Positions 27,460 through 41,099 are shown, counted from the whole stretch's first letter. The stretch is DNA of 63,168 nt, filler included, from Squatina squatina (GCA_031763465.1; 3 parts of 2 records of this genome joined end to end with filler, not necessarily neighbours in it), one strand, 5' to 3'. A program made the numbers and translations. Notes: generated from the sequence alone by a model not told the origin.

Positions 27460-27987
27460 ACGAGACCAACAGTCTATCTCCTTAACCAAAGAGATTTTAG
27501 GATTGAGAAAGAAACAGAGGAATGATGGAGAAGGAAATGGGGTGAATTAGAGTCAAATCAGGTAGAGAAAGAGAGGTAAAGAAAGTTTAGATCAGGAGAG
27601 GAGACAAAGGAAAAGTAAAACATTAAAAATCTCTAACAACAATTTACTACATGCAGGAATCAGATGAATTGCTCCATTTCTGGGCCAGAGAGCTTTATTG
27701 GCAGTCATTAACAATTATCACATCATAAAAAGGTATTTATGCTGTTAAATTCCAGCCCTAACATTTTGCGGCGAGTTTGATGGGCAATTAATGTGCAAAT
27801 CCAATAAGTCCTTAAAAATAATGAGGAGGCTAAAAGAGAGAAGCTATTTGTGAATCAACCAGCACGTTCTGAAGATTCCCAACTCACAGCGTATCTTTTA
27901 ATCCCCTAAAATTGCTGGCTGATTTGCGCAATAATAAATGTGTGCATTGTTAACACACTGTTTTGTTTCCAGCAAGATCTAGCCCAT
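27460..27987. repeat. Interspersed repeat copy A, probably a non-autonomous DNA element
   Basis: Colinear with 32690-33227: gaccaac.gtctatctc, gagaaagaaacagaggaatg, tctgggccagagag, ccagccctaac, ggcgagttt, ccagcaa...ct.g..c. Confidence 0.7.
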
Positions 27988-30510
27988 TGACAGAAGATTG
28001 AATTTGTCCAATATGATTTAGACTGAACTACAGAGTCATATCAGGTCAAAGTAAGATTAAGATGTGGTTTTACTTGTGCTATATGTTTATACAATCTCTG
28101 TATCCAGAGAGAAATTTTTATTTACATTGTGGTGCCTGGGTAAATATCCATTGAATCTTCATCCCTCCATTCTCTTTCATTTGAGAATAATAGCTAAGGG
28201 TTCAAACAAAATGGAGATTCAGTTTGACATCAAAGTCAGGCTTCAAGCATAACCATGACAACAAAATGGAGAAACATGATGCACAATAGCTGACATTTTT
28301 GCTTCTGGCCCAAAAAAGGGTATCAGATACAAAAGACAGGTGTGGGCACAAACAAATACAAACGTAACCCTGAGATAATGCCCAACGGTGTAATTGTTTG
28401 GTAGAAAAGCACAGAAGGAAAAAGCACATCTTCTTAAGAAAGCTTTCCTTTAAACACACAGAGGTGCTATAGTCAGCTGTACGAAGATTGTAAGTAGGGC
28501 AATTTGCACACTTTACCTTTTTTCCCCTTAAAGTTATTATAAAATCACTCCAGGCAGTCCTCAACAGCTTTCTAGTTTACTAGCAGAGAAGGTTTGCCTA
28601 ATTATGCCACACACTGACAAACAGCATGACAGAAAGGGCAAATACACTGACAACCAATGCTTAAATGACCTAGGAATACCACCCACTGGTGTACTGCTTC
28701 TACAGTGAGATGTTGTCAGGTAAAAGGAGAAAACTTCAAGTAATTTCAATAAGGATACTTACTTGCTNNNNNNNNNNNNNNNNNNNNNNNNNNNNNNNNN
28801 NNNNNNNNNNNNNNNNNNNNNNNNNNNNNNNNNNNNNNNNNNNNNNNNNNNNNNNNNNNNNNNNNNNAAAATTTCAAAGACCTGAACTTTGCACTCCCCA
28901 ATTTGTCCGGTGGCGCCAGAACCTCAGGGCAGTCGAATTGGGGCCCTTAATACTGTATACCACTAAACTGATATTAGGGGATATTTATTAAAAATAAGAA
29001 TTGATAGAATGCATTAAAAAAATTGCTGAACCTGCTGTGGTATGTTACAAACAAAAGCAATGCAATTATTTATAAGCTCTTCACATAACGAGGTTATAAC
29101 TTTTACATCAAAACTCTAACTGCCTTGCTGATTCCATTTAAGTCAGTAATAGTGAAGTGAAAGGAAATGCTTTATTGGTACTCACTGTTACCAATTATCT
29201 GACAGAGTCGGAGCCCATTTACAACTAATAAGAAATAAAAGGACAAAATTAAATCTCCTGTGTGAACTCATCATTTACATATTTATTACACAGAAATGCT
29301 AATAAGGCTAATAAGAAGCTCCAGCACTAATTTTAAAAGTTGAGGACGTCTTTCTATAAAATATCAAATGATACAATTGGCTTCAGAAACAAAATACATA
29401 TGTTTAAAACAAACTTGATTTCCATGTTGATGCTTGTTTCTAAAAAAGAACTTCCACATTTATGCGTCGAAAAATGGNNNNNNNNNNNNNNNNNNNNNNN
29501 NNNNNNNNNNNNNNNNNNNNNNNNNNNNNNNNNNNNNNNNNNNNNNNNNNNNNNNNNNNNNNNNNNNNNNNNNNNNNGAGCTATATTTAATTTAATAGTA
29601 GTATTTTTAACATATATTGCACCAAGATCCTCCCTTGGAGGCACAGACAGAAATCCTGAAACATGACAAACACCTTGCCTTTGATAAGAAGACATATGAG
29701 TATCTGGCCATCTGACTAGTTACAATTTGAAAATCCTATTTAAAATGTTCGAACCAAACTTCCTGCTAACTGTTAATATATTTCAAATTTCAAAACTCTG
29801 GGGGCCGTACTCTCAGGAAGGGAGTAGACCAGGCAGATATTGGAGGCAACATCATCACAATATTTATACATTATTATTAAACTCACGGATTATCACATCA
29901 TGCAGGACTTAATTAAGTTTTTCATGAGCTGCATCGAATGTTTTTTATACTTTAACTACCGCTGTTAAATGGCGGGGGAATCATAAGCCTGCTAAATTAA
30001 ATGCCTGCATTTCTCTCTTAAAGAATTACTATTGTTTTGCCGCACAAAATCTTTGTCTCTCACTGAATACAAAAGACTTGTAACATTCTGAAAACAATCA
30101 AATTAACTTACACATCTGCAGATTGGTTATAACCCAAGGCCAAAATGGAAATATTTGTGCTTTGATTAGCGATTCAGTTTTTCAGATTCTGAACATGTGC
30201 TTGCAGGCATCGATATTCATTATGCCATTAGAAGACCTTTGTTGGCAATGTGAACTTTATGTGCATCTTGCCAGGGAATATAAAACAACTCTGTTTGTTT
30301 CCAATTCCCTAAAATATAGAAGAATGTCCAGCACACTGAAACTTTTGAGAAGCATTGCTGAATTTTTAACCATTTGTGGTGGCACTGATTTAAGTTTAGG
30401 GATTCATTTCTTCCCATGCACTTCTACTCAATCTCTTGTACATTATTCCCAGATATTAAAAGACTATGTGGCAGAGTCCTGCCTAGAAAGGAATAGAAAG
30501 ACAAAGAAAA

Positions 30511-31177
30511 TATTTCCTCTGAATGTTGTCATTATCCACTCTCATTTTTAAAATCTGTAAAATTCAATCATTATTTTTTCTAATGGTTAAGTGCCGTACA
30601 AATGCAGTTCAATCCCTATACTCAGGCCTCTCATAGCCAACGGATACTTCAATGTAATTTTGCCAAAGAAATAGAGGAAGGAAAGAAGGAAGGCAGGCAG
30701 GTAGGCTATGGAAATTTAAAAGAAATGAACAAAAAGGAAGACAGATGAGAAAAAAAGTAAGTATACAGGAAGGGACCAGAGAAGAAAAGAAAAGGGTTTT
30801 TGATGGACGAGTGGGAGAATCCCCACAGAAATTCATTCTCTATGTCATTGCTACTTGGTGGCATTCACACAAGCGAAGTAATGGCTAAGATACATTGTTA
30901 TATGTTTTTGAGAAATGACCTGTTATTGATTATTGATACAAAGCAGATAATGATTTACAACTCACTTTGTACATGAGCTTCACTGTCAACTGGCAATGGA
31001 ACAGTTTTGTAGTTTCTTTCCTTATTTTCCTCTGAATGTTGCCATTATCCATTCTCTTTTTTTAGCCCTTAATATTCAATGACTGTTTTTCTATTGGGTT
31101 AAGTGCCATACGAATGCAGCTCAGTTCCGATACTCAGGTCTCTCGTGGCCAACAGATACTTCAATGTAATTTTGCCA
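30511..31177. repeat. Local direct repeat pair, ~155 bp (30511-30665 and 31023-31177)
   Basis: Both units run ttcctctgaatgttg.cattatcca ... ggttaagtgcc.tac.aatgcag.tca ... atactcagg.ctctc ... gatacttcaatgtaattttgcca, with scattered substitutions. Confidence 0.85.
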
Positions 31178-31269
31178 GATGTGCTAAAGCCAGCTGCCAG
31201 GAGGATCTGTTTTTTATACCAGCTTTTCTCAGTTCCCTGCTTTATCAAATCTGGCACGATTACTTTGGG

Positions 31270-31328
31270 CCTACAACAGGCTGTGGATTTGTCAAAGGAA
31301 GGTAATGCCTGACAAACCTGATTTAACT
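31270..31328 (+). mobile_element. CR1 reverse-transcriptase fragment running into a gap
   Basis: ggatttgtcaaaggaaggtaatgcctgacaaacctgatt reads GFVKGR*CLTNLI (cf. CR1 QHGFVKGRSCLTNL). It may be the same element as the 3' end at 32318 across the ~1 kb gap. Confidence 0.6.
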
Positions 31329-32317
31329 NNNNNNNNNNNNNNNNNNNNNNNNNNNNNNNNNNNNNNNNNNNNNNNNNNNNNNNNNNNNNNNNNNNNNNNN
31401 NNNNNNNNNNNNNNNNNNNNNNNNNNNNNNNNNNNNNNNNNNNNNNNNNNNNNNNNNNNNNNNNNNNNNNNNNNNNNNNNNNNNNNNNNNNNNNNNNNNN
31501 NNNNNNNNNNNNNNNNNNNNNNNNNNNNNNNNNNNNNNNNNNNNNNNNNNNNNNNNNNNNNNNNNNNNNNNNNNNNNNNNNNNNNNNNNNNNNNNNNNNN
31601 NNNNNNNNNNNNNNNNNNNNNNNNNNNNNNNNNNNNNNNNNNNNNNNNNNNNNNNNNNNNNNNNNNNNNNNNNNNNNNNNNNNNNNNNNNNNNNNNNNNN
31701 NNNNNNNNNNNNNNNNNNNNNNNNNNNNNNNNNNNNNNNNNNNNNNNNNNNNNNNNNNNNNNNNNNNNNNNNNNNNNNNNNNNNNNNNNNNNNNNNNNNN
31801 NNNNNNNNNNNNNNNNNNNNNNNNNNNNNNNNNNNNNNNNNNNNNNNNNNNNNNNNNNNNNNNNNNNNNNNNNNNNNNNNNNNNNNNNNNNNNNNNNNNN
31901 NNNNNNNNNNNNNNNNNNNNNNNNNNNNNNNNNNNNNNNNNNNNNNNNNNNNNNNNNNNNNNNNNNNNNNNNNNNNNNNNNNNNNNNNNNNNNNNNNNNN
32001 NNNNNNNNNNNNNNNNNNNNNNNNNNNNNNNNNNNNNNNNNNNNNNNNNNNNNNNNNNNNNNNNNNNNNNNNNNNNNNNNNNNNNNNNNNNNNNNNNNNN
32101 NNNNNNNNNNNNNNNNNNNNNNNNNNNNNNNNNNNNNNNNNNNNNNNNNNNNNNNNNNNNNNNNNNNNNNNNNNNNNNNNNNNNNNNNNNNNNNNNNNNN
32201 NNNNNNNNNNNNNNNNNNNNNNNNNNNNNNNNNNNNNNNNNNNNNNNNNNNNNNNNNNNNNNNNNNNNNNNNNNNNNNNNNNNNNNNNNNNNNNNNNNNN
32301 NNNNNNNNNNNNNNNNN

Positions 32318-32672
32318 GCCTATATTCCCTAGAATTTCATCGAACGAAAGGTGATGTAATTGAAAATTATAAAATAATGCTGAGAAAGTGTCTCCCCAGG
32401 CTGGGGAATCTGAAATACGGGGTCATTGTCTCAGTCAGCCATTTAGGACTGAAATGGGGAGAAATTCCTTTACTCAAAGGGTTGTGAATCTTTGGTGTTC
32501 TCTACCCCAAAGAGCTATGGATGCATAGTAGTTGAGTATATTCAAGATAGGTGTCGATAAATTTTTGGGAACGAAGGGAATTAAGGAATATGGGGATAGT
32601 GCGGGAAGGTGGAGTTGAGGTAGAAGATCAGCCATGATCTTGTTGAAGGGCGGAGCAGGTTCGAAGGGCCCC
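32318..32672 (+). mobile_element. CR1 LINE 3' end
   Basis: Typical CR1 ORF2 end and UTR: ttactcaaagggttgtgaatctttgg, atattcaaga...gataaattttt, tggagttgaggtagaagatcagccatgatctt...ggcggagcaggttcgaagggcc. Confidence 0.8.
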
Positions 32673-32689
32673 AGCGACCTTAACAATAG

Positions 32690-33227
32690 GACCAACGGTC
32701 TATCTCCTTAACTAATGAGATTTAAGGATGGAGAAAGAAACAGAGGAATGGCTGAAGTTAAAAGGGTGATTTTGAGTCAAATTACATAATGAAAGAGAAA
32801 TAAAGAGAGGGAAAGAAAGATTGGATTAAGAGAGATAGAAAGAAAAGACATCGTAAAAGTAAACCTCCAAGAACAATTTAATGCCTACAGGGATGAGACT
32901 CGACAGTTTGATTTGTTCCCTTTCTGGGCCAGAGAGGTTGAGTAGCATTGTAAGAACATCAATCTCATCATTAAAAGGGTCCTTACTCTGTTAAGTACCA
33001 GCCCTAACTTTCAGTGGCGAGTTTAATTTGTATTTACTGCGCAAATGCAGCAATATCTTGAAACTCAAGGGGAGGTTGACGACGAGCTGCCTTTTTCACA
33101 AGGTTATTTGTGACGATTCGCAACTCTCAGGGAATCCTTTCTTTGCCACAAATTGTTGCACGATTTACACACTAATAGTGGCGTGCGTCTTAAACTCACT
33201 GTTATTTTGCCAGCAAACTCTGGGCTA
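32690..33227. repeat. Interspersed repeat copy B (homologous to 27460-27987)
   Basis: Colinear shared blocks as listed for copy A. Confidence 0.7.
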
Positions 33228-35104
33228 ATATTTGTAAAATCGTACAAGCTTGTATAGTTTATACCTTGTCATGTTTTGCAAAACATGACAAGTTTTTTTG
33301 CATAAATCCAGCTATGTATTGTCATTTCCCAGCCATGGTATGTCCCCCTAATGGGAAGAGGAATATAGCATACAATTTCTGTGCCAATAAATATTGCCAG
33401 CATTATGCTGATGCCATTTAGTAATGAAATTAATGCAATAATTTCTATTGTAAGATAAAATGNNNNNNNNNNNNNNNNNNNNNNNNNNNNNNNNNNNNNN
33501 NNNNNNNNNNNNNNNNNNNNNNNNNNNNNNNNNNNNNNNNNNNNNNNNNNNNNNNNNNNNNNAAAGTTTTTCAAGTTTCACTGGTGCAAGATGGCCAAGC
33601 CCTCCACTTTGTGAGAGTGCTTGGGGCTGTAATGGCAGTCACGCAGGTCACCTTGCAAAACAGAACTGCCAACAACGAGCTTGTGCAGTATCATTGGCCC
33701 TTTCCTTTAAGTGAGGGAAGCAGCCTCTCATGTCCTTACCAATACACTTGAAATTGTTTAGTGCTCTGCCGCTACCGCCCCGCACTCAGACTTTAGCGCA
33801 TTGAGAGAAGTGGTTAGTGCTTGATTTAGCGCTCCACTTCCCTCCTGGAGCGCTAAAACTGAATATCGTTGGAATGATTAGTGTCTGGCACTACCTTTTC
33901 AACTTTTCAAATTTTTATGTCCCAATCAGGGCACTACCGAATTTATAGACCTAAGGATCTGTATCATATTAGCATATAAACTTTAACCCCCATGCCCTCA
34001 ACAAATAAATACTGCATATAATTATCTGCAAGCATTTTTTGGTTGATGAAGTATCTCTGTATACTTGTTTATATTATGTCATTGCTAATAGTTCCCTTGG
34101 TGAAAATCATGATTTGTCAGCAAAGCAAATCCTGCCTCGATGATATTTTTGGATCAGACTATACTTCAGAGCTTTCCATTTTTGGCTGTGTGTGGAGTTT
34201 TTTTCTATAGGGAGCAATTTGGATCGAAACTTCTGATGGCATTATTATGATTTTAAGTACATGAATGAGTTAAGACAAAAAAAACCATGGGAAGACTAAA
34301 CTGATGCAATTAGAAAAGTAATTAACATCTCAGAAGAGACCTTATAGTGGTATAATAGGATAGAAAAAATCAACCGGGAGCAACATTGGCACACATGCCA
34401 AGGATCCAGCAACAGAGGACGCAGATTCAGCACTTTTGAAGGACAAACGTCAAGTATTATTTCTTTACGTAGAGTGATCAACAGCTGGAATTAGTTGTCA
34501 GGATGGGTGGTTGAGACAAAACAATTAACTCACTTAAGAAGCAGGTAGACACTAATGGAAAGTTAGTAGGCTTACTATTCTGAAAAGATGCGGGATCTCT
34601 TTCATCTGAGCTCCTATTTATGAACTGCTAGAGTGAAACTCAAGCATTTTACCATCTTCTAAAGCTCCGAATGCTTGCTGTAGACTTGAAGACACTCACA
34701 GGCGTTGCGTGCTTTTTATATCTTTTATATCACTTTGTTACCTTTCCAGAGCTTATTTATTGGCGTGTTAACAGAATTTATGTGTTTTGCTACTGTTCCT
34801 AACCATCATCATTAAGATTGCTTTAAAATTTTCCAGGTAGTGCATGCCCCATAAGAGAGAGTTATTTACATTATGTCACTTGACCAAGAACCGGCTGGTA
34901 AGAATGCAGACACTGGCCCTGAAATCGTGGTCTCCATGATGGGATATGCACAGCATACACCATCGTAAGCCTTGTAAAACGCCCACGCCTTGGCAGATCA
35001 TCTGNNNNNNNNNNNNNNNNNNNNNNNNNNNNNNNNNNNNNNNNNNNNNNNNNNNNNNNNNNNNNNNNNNNNNNNNNNNNNNNNNNNNNNNNNNNNNNNN
35101 NNNN

Positions 35105-35280
35105 ATTGTGCCCTGTACATCCAAGTCATTAATATACATCAGGTAAAGCAGTGGTCCTAGTACTGACCCCTAGGGAACACCATCTTCCAGTCCAATAAAC
35201 AACTGTTTACCACTACTGTTTCCTGTCACTTAACCAATTTCACATCCATGCTGCCACAGTCTCTTAAATTTCATGGGATT
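35105..35280 (-). mobile_element. CR1 reverse-transcriptase fragment
   Basis: Minus strand gives GVP*GSVLGPLL...YINDLDVQGT, matching the RT GVPQGSVLGP/YINDL motifs. Confidence 0.75.
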
Positions 35281-36757
35281 ATGTTAGCAGTTGGGAGTGA
35301 TTTGCTAAACATCTGAAATATTAAATCATATCTGTATACACTTCCTGCTTACAAAACCTTACATCCAGTTAAAGCGGTCATGAGAAATTCCCATGTCCAC
35401 ATTTATAATGGAAGTTACCCATTTAAACTTGTCACTCTTACACCCTTCACCCAGGACGGTGTTGTGCCCAGCTCCTCAGACTATGTTGGAGATTCCCATG
35501 CGCCAATTTTCTACTTCAAGTTACCACAAGATATAAAAAGGGGAGAATGTGTGACTAAAAAGGGGGACAGAGTTAGGTCTGCAGTAGAGAGCTTGGTCCA
35601 GTATCTCGCACCCTCTCACCTTACTTCACTTGATAACTACATTTAGTCTAGACTCCCATGTGCAATGCTGGAGATCAACTTGCTTGAAAGAAAATAATGG
35701 GTACCTGGGAACAAGCAGGCAAAGCTGATCAGAGAAACAAGATACAAGGATATGCAGTAGTTTGGTAAAACCTCTGCAGATTTTTTCCTTCCTTGTATTT
35801 AAGTTACTGGCCTTCCTGCACCACCTCCAATAGCATAGAGCTGATCTTTACTCATCCACGAGGGGAACTCCAAGACCATTCCACAATTCTGCAGTTGCAT
35901 TGGTGCTCCAACATGCTGTACAAGATCAAAATTTCACATTGGTGTAGCTCTTCAATGTGCAAGCCATTTTTGTCTTGCTTCTTTGCCCCATTTTCTTTTT
36001 CCTCACCATATACACATTTTAGGGAGGCACCTTGCAAAAACAGAATGACCTTTGGAAATGGAGGTTAAAGATTCCCCAGCCTGACATTACTCATTACATC
36101 AAAAACACAACCAGTTCAGTCTAGAGATTAAACAAAAAGGTAAAACTATAAAAAGAGATCGTCAATCTTATATTGTATGGCAGCAATTAGATGAAAACCT
36201 CACCACTGGGAGACTACACATTTCACAACTAATCAATTTTTGATGAATGATAAGCCTTCAATTTTCTGCCCAAGATGATTGCAATCCTGTTTGTAATTTG
36301 CAACTGATTATGGATAATGCTGTGGTTTAAAAAACTGAATTAGCATTTTGTAGCTTCTACTTAATAAGCGATTATTGATCATTTTAATGGAATTTTAAAA
36401 TATTTACCATACATTAAGGGTGCATTATGTTCAAGCACTGTTAAATGCACTGCTTTCTCCAGAACACATTTGCATTCGATGGTTTGTCCAAAATGCTTTG
36501 CAAATGATAATTTTGTTCTTGGCTGATAAGAAATTCAGTTGCATTTATCTGTTCCAATGATTTTGTTTTACTTAGCAGTACACTGAAAAATGAGGATGAA
36601 TCTGTTTTAGGTAACTAATGCTTCATAGAACCTATAACTATTATGTTTATTACAGTGNNNNNNNNNNNNNNNNNNNNNNNNNNNNNNNNNNNNNNNNNNN
36701 NNNNNNNNNNNNNNNNNNNNNNNNNNNNNNNNNNNNNNNNNNNNNNNNNNNNNNNNN

Positions 36758-36890
36758 AACCTGCTACATCTTTAACTCCTTCCAGTTCTGATGAAAGATC
36801 ATCGACCTGAAACGCTAACTTTGGTTCTCTCTCCACAGGTGCTGCCTGAATTGCTCAGTATTTTCAGCATTTTCTATTTTTTTATTTTAT
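36758..36890 (+). mobile_element. Penelope-like terminal repeat fragment with a hammerhead core
   Basis: agtt-ctgatga-aagatc-atc-gacct-gaaac-gct-aact, then ctctccacaggtgctgcctgaattgctcagtattttcagc. Homologous to 10441-10572. Confidence 0.6.
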
Positions 36891-37649
36891 AAGTATTTAT
36901 GCATTCTTCCCACTTCCTAAATGATTCCACAGAGTGGAAAATAATACAACAGACACTGAACGATCACTTGGGTGGGATAGCCAAAGAGGACTCAATAGGG
37001 TTGTTTCACGAATTGTGTGTTTCCAGTAAGAAGTAACACTAGCCAGGATCATTAGCGAGCTTGTGATTTCATGATCAATGCTTTCTGTATACGTTGCATC
37101 TCACTCGAATGCCTAACTGGGAAATTAGTCCCAATAATCTCATGCTGAAACAGACATACTTAAAGAGGCAACTTTATGGTCAACATTGGCTTCAATAGAT
37201 TAGTGCATTGTAACTCTTTACATGACTATAAACTTGTAACTTAAATCCCCTCACAATACAGAACTCTCCCCCCAAACCCCTGCTCATACACAACCAACTA
37301 AAGTATTATAGGCTGAAAAATTCAGAACCACACAAGATAAAAGGAGACAAAAGAAAAAGGTCATTAGGAGCATCGTCAAATACATCAAAGGAAATTTACC
37401 TTTATTTCATCTCTAATACAGTTGAAACTAGATCATGTGTGAAAGACTTGTTCAAATCTAAACAATGAACAAAAGGAACAAATCAAAAGGGAGTTAAAAT
37501 GAAATACAAATAAGATGGCACAAAGGAGAGGTCCTCTACAGAGTAAAAAATGTTCAAGCAAAAAAAAGCTGAAAGTGAGCTCAAGTTAGAATATAGAATT
37601 AAATTAATAAGGCACATATTAAAGGGAGTATCGCAACCAGCTCAAATAG

Positions 37650-37829
37650 TAAACAGGTTAAGGACAGAAAGCAGAGAATATGGGTGAATGGACGTTTTAC
37701 AGACTGGAGCGATGTAAACAGTGGTGTCCTCCAGGGGACAGTGTTGGGACCATTGCTCTTCTCAATATATACAATTGATCTGGACCAGGGTATGAGGGCC
37801 CAATAACAAAACTTGCAGATAACACAAAG
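37650..37829 (+). mobile_element. CR1 reverse-transcriptase fragment
   Basis: Reads DRKQRIWVNGRFTDWSDVNSGVLQGTVLGPLLFSIYTIDL, followed by aaacttgcagataacacaaag (cf. KFADDTK). Confidence 0.75.
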
Positions 37830-37985
37830 TTTTTTTTATTCGTTCAGGAGATGTGAGTGTCGCTGGCAAGGCCAGCATTTATTGCCCATTCCTAATTGCC
37901 CTTGAGAAGGTGGTGGTGAGTCTCCTTCTTGAACCGCTGCAGTTCTGTGTGGTGAAGGAACTCCCATAGTGCTGTTAGGGAGGGA
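37830..37985 (-). mobile_element. LINE 3' end inserted antisense into the CR1 fragment
   Basis: Near copy of 13924-14076. The poly-T begins immediately after the KFADDTK-like motif. Confidence 0.75.
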
Positions 37986-39544
37986 NNNNNNNNNNNNNNN
38001 NNNNNNNNNNNNNNNNNNNNNNNNNNNNNNNNNNNNNNNNNNNNNNNNNNNNNNNNNNNNNNNNNNNNNNNNNNNNNNNNNNNNNAATCAGCTATCAATC
38101 AAAATCAGCCCTGCCTCAACACGTTCTGAAAAATGATTACCATCCAGTGTAACACTTGCTTGACGCCTGACAAACTTGTCAGGTACGAGTCCAAGCTGAA
38201 CCTGGGCTCTACTTGAATTCTGTCTTGGAATCGTACGTATGCGCTACTGATCTTTTGCTGCAGAAGAATGACTTTCATGTTTGTCTGTATATTCTGAGGT
38301 TGATGCTGGACACACTGCACTGTCTGCCCATTAACTAATCAGTACAGATAACATGAAACAACCTTCTGGTGACTTAAAACATATAAGACACAAATAGTCA
38401 GAGAAAATATATACTGTTTTGCTGTAACCAGCAAACTGAAACTAGGCAATAGCAGAATGATTATATGAAACCCAATTTTCACTCAGTGCTGGCAGAGATA
38501 TACTTGATGCTGAGGACTGGCCATCTCTTTCTTGAGTAGGTCATAAATTTTCCTCCATGCTCCACTAACTACTGTTCAGATCAATCTGAAATCTCACTGC
38601 TCCATTATCCATCTTCTGAGTTCCACATGGACACAGTAATAGTTCACTCCCATACAGCTTGTTGGATGAGCTATTGAGACTGCAGTTTTCCTCTTTAAAA
38701 AAAATAAGAATTCGATTGTGATCAATTTGATCTACAAATTGCAGCTAGTTAATAAACTGTTACATCTACAGCACCATTTTTTTCTATTAAGTCTTTGACT
38801 GCTGCAGCAGCATCTTTGCACCTTGTCAAATACCACTAAATTTGCTCATTTTTCAGAGCTTTCTATTAAAATGAATATCCTTTGCAGATAATGTGGTTCA
38901 AAGTGTTTCTACTGCATTATGATGTAGCAGTGCTATATGGAAGCAGCAGCTGATTTGTTCAATACCACTCTCATTATCTTTGCTTAACTGTAACCTTTTA
39001 AGGGATGCTGTATTGTTTCCTCGCTGTTTTAAAAAATACACATTCTTTTTGATAAATCATAAATGTATCTAATTCATATATCATTCTAGGGTCTGGTATT
39101 ACTCTATTTGCTAATGCTGTGAAGAAATGGAGAATATATTACAAAACTAAACATTTGTTTCCCTTAAAATCTAATTAGAATAATGAAACTGAATTGCTCC
39201 AAAATGTGAACATTACAGACTAGCTTATGCAAAATTCAGTAATATGAAATGTTTAGTACTCTTGCAATTAGTGAGTAAAATCGCTTTTATTAATTAATAT
39301 ATAATGCCACCTCCAGGTTGCCCCCTCTCCCACTGTGACTGTCACATCCCTCCTTTCACCCATTCTACAGCTGCCATATTCCACCTGCCATCTGGTGTGC
39401 TCCCATTGTTATTTTAAAGTTAAAACAAAAATAGTATTTATATTNNNNNNNNNNNNNNNNNNNNNNNNNNNNNNNNNNNNNNNNNNNNNNNNNNNNNNNN
39501 NNNNNNNNNNNNNNNNNNNNNNNNNNNNNNNNNNNNNNNNNNNN

Positions 39545-39790
39545 GGTGAAACTTGTTTGTTCAGAGCATTGTGAGGGATTAAATACACTGCCAAAGTTAG
39601 TGATTGAGGCAAAGGGCATGACAACTTTTAAGAATGGGATCAGTGGTTGAAGAAAACAGGCATAAAGGGATATTGGAACTGGGTGGGCACATGGGATTAG
39701 GGCTACAGCTCATGCAAAGGATAAACGCCAACACAAACTGATTGGGTTTAAAGGTTTGTTTCAATGCTGTAATTTCCTTAGAATCTATGT
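39545..39790 (+). mobile_element. Old CR1-like 3' end
   Basis: ttgttcagagcattgtgaggg...ctgccaaagttagtgattgaggc...ttttaaga...ataaagggata...gattgggttt...tgtttcaatgctgtaatttct. Confidence 0.5.
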
Positions 39791-41099
39791 AAGAGTCACA
39801 TGAATAGCAAATTAACACATTGAATTCAAATACTCAATTCTGTTTTTAGTAGGAAATTCAGATTTTCTCAAATCAATCCAAGCAAGTTGCACTTATTTTT
39901 TGAAGTCCAAAAACGAAACCTCATGAGACTCCCTTGCGTGCACAGCTACAATCCTGAACAAACATAGAATTTTTCTGACATGGCGTCCCACCTTTATTGA
40001 CTATTTTCTTTTTCAAAACAGTTTCATAGTAGAGTCCCAAGGCAGTTTTGCTCTCAGTGTCCCAAGGCACTTAAGTTTGCCTCATCCTCCCAATCGTTGC
40101 ACTGTCTGCTGTCAGCACAAGTTACCTCTGATTACTCCCAGGCTGTAGCTGCACTCTCACAGTCCCCAGATATTTGTTCCAGGCTCCACTGATGNNNNNN
40201 NNNNNNNNNNNNNNNNNNNNNNNNNNNNNNNNNNNNNNNNNNNNNNNNNNNNNNNNNNNNNNNNNNNNNNNNNNNNNNNNNNNNNNNNNNNNNNCATCAT
40301 GCACTGTAATGTCATCTAACCTTCTTAGTAAGATTACTGCCTTATAGACGCTTCTCTACAAAATATGCCTGCATGCAACTAACCTAAATTGAAGGGAATC
40401 GAACACTAAAGAGTTGCAAATAACACTGCATAAATCGACAGGAGCAGGACTGAAATACATCAGGTGAGACTAATTGTGGAAAAATTAAGTGAAACATGTT
40501 GCTGTGTCTTTGAGGAGAGACAAGTAATAACTCTCAGTTGGGGAGAAATGGAACTGCCAATGGAACAATCAGCAGTGCTTGCTGTTTATGTAGTGGTGTT
40601 TACAGCTAATGACTTTCTAGTGCTGAATATTCCCTTTTGGACGAGAAAACAAATCCCAATAAGGACTGCAGATGCTTTTGATTTTATTTTACTTATTTAG
40701 AAGCAGTTTTTAAATTACATTTCAGTTTAATCCAATCTTTCCTTCTCCTCCTTTCCTACCAGGCAGAGGAGTTCCACAGTGATTTGCAGCAGCCCTTGCT
40801 GGTTGGATGGGCTTCCTGGAAACTGACGGACAAGGAGGATTTCTGGACGATTCATCAGAGAGGGTTCTCCCTGCAGTTGAGGTGAATAGCACAGATACCC
40901 CATTACCCAGCTAGGCTGGTTCAAAGATCTGGCTAAAGCCCATTGGGCATGTCAAAGGAGATTTGACAAGGGCGTCCTTTCTCCAGGTTGCAATTGCACC
41001 CTTGAGATGCCATCCTGTTGTACCGCCAGAAAATGAGACCAAGTTGAACATTGACAGAAATGTGCACAGTACTTACAAAAGAGAATGATATTGAGGAGG

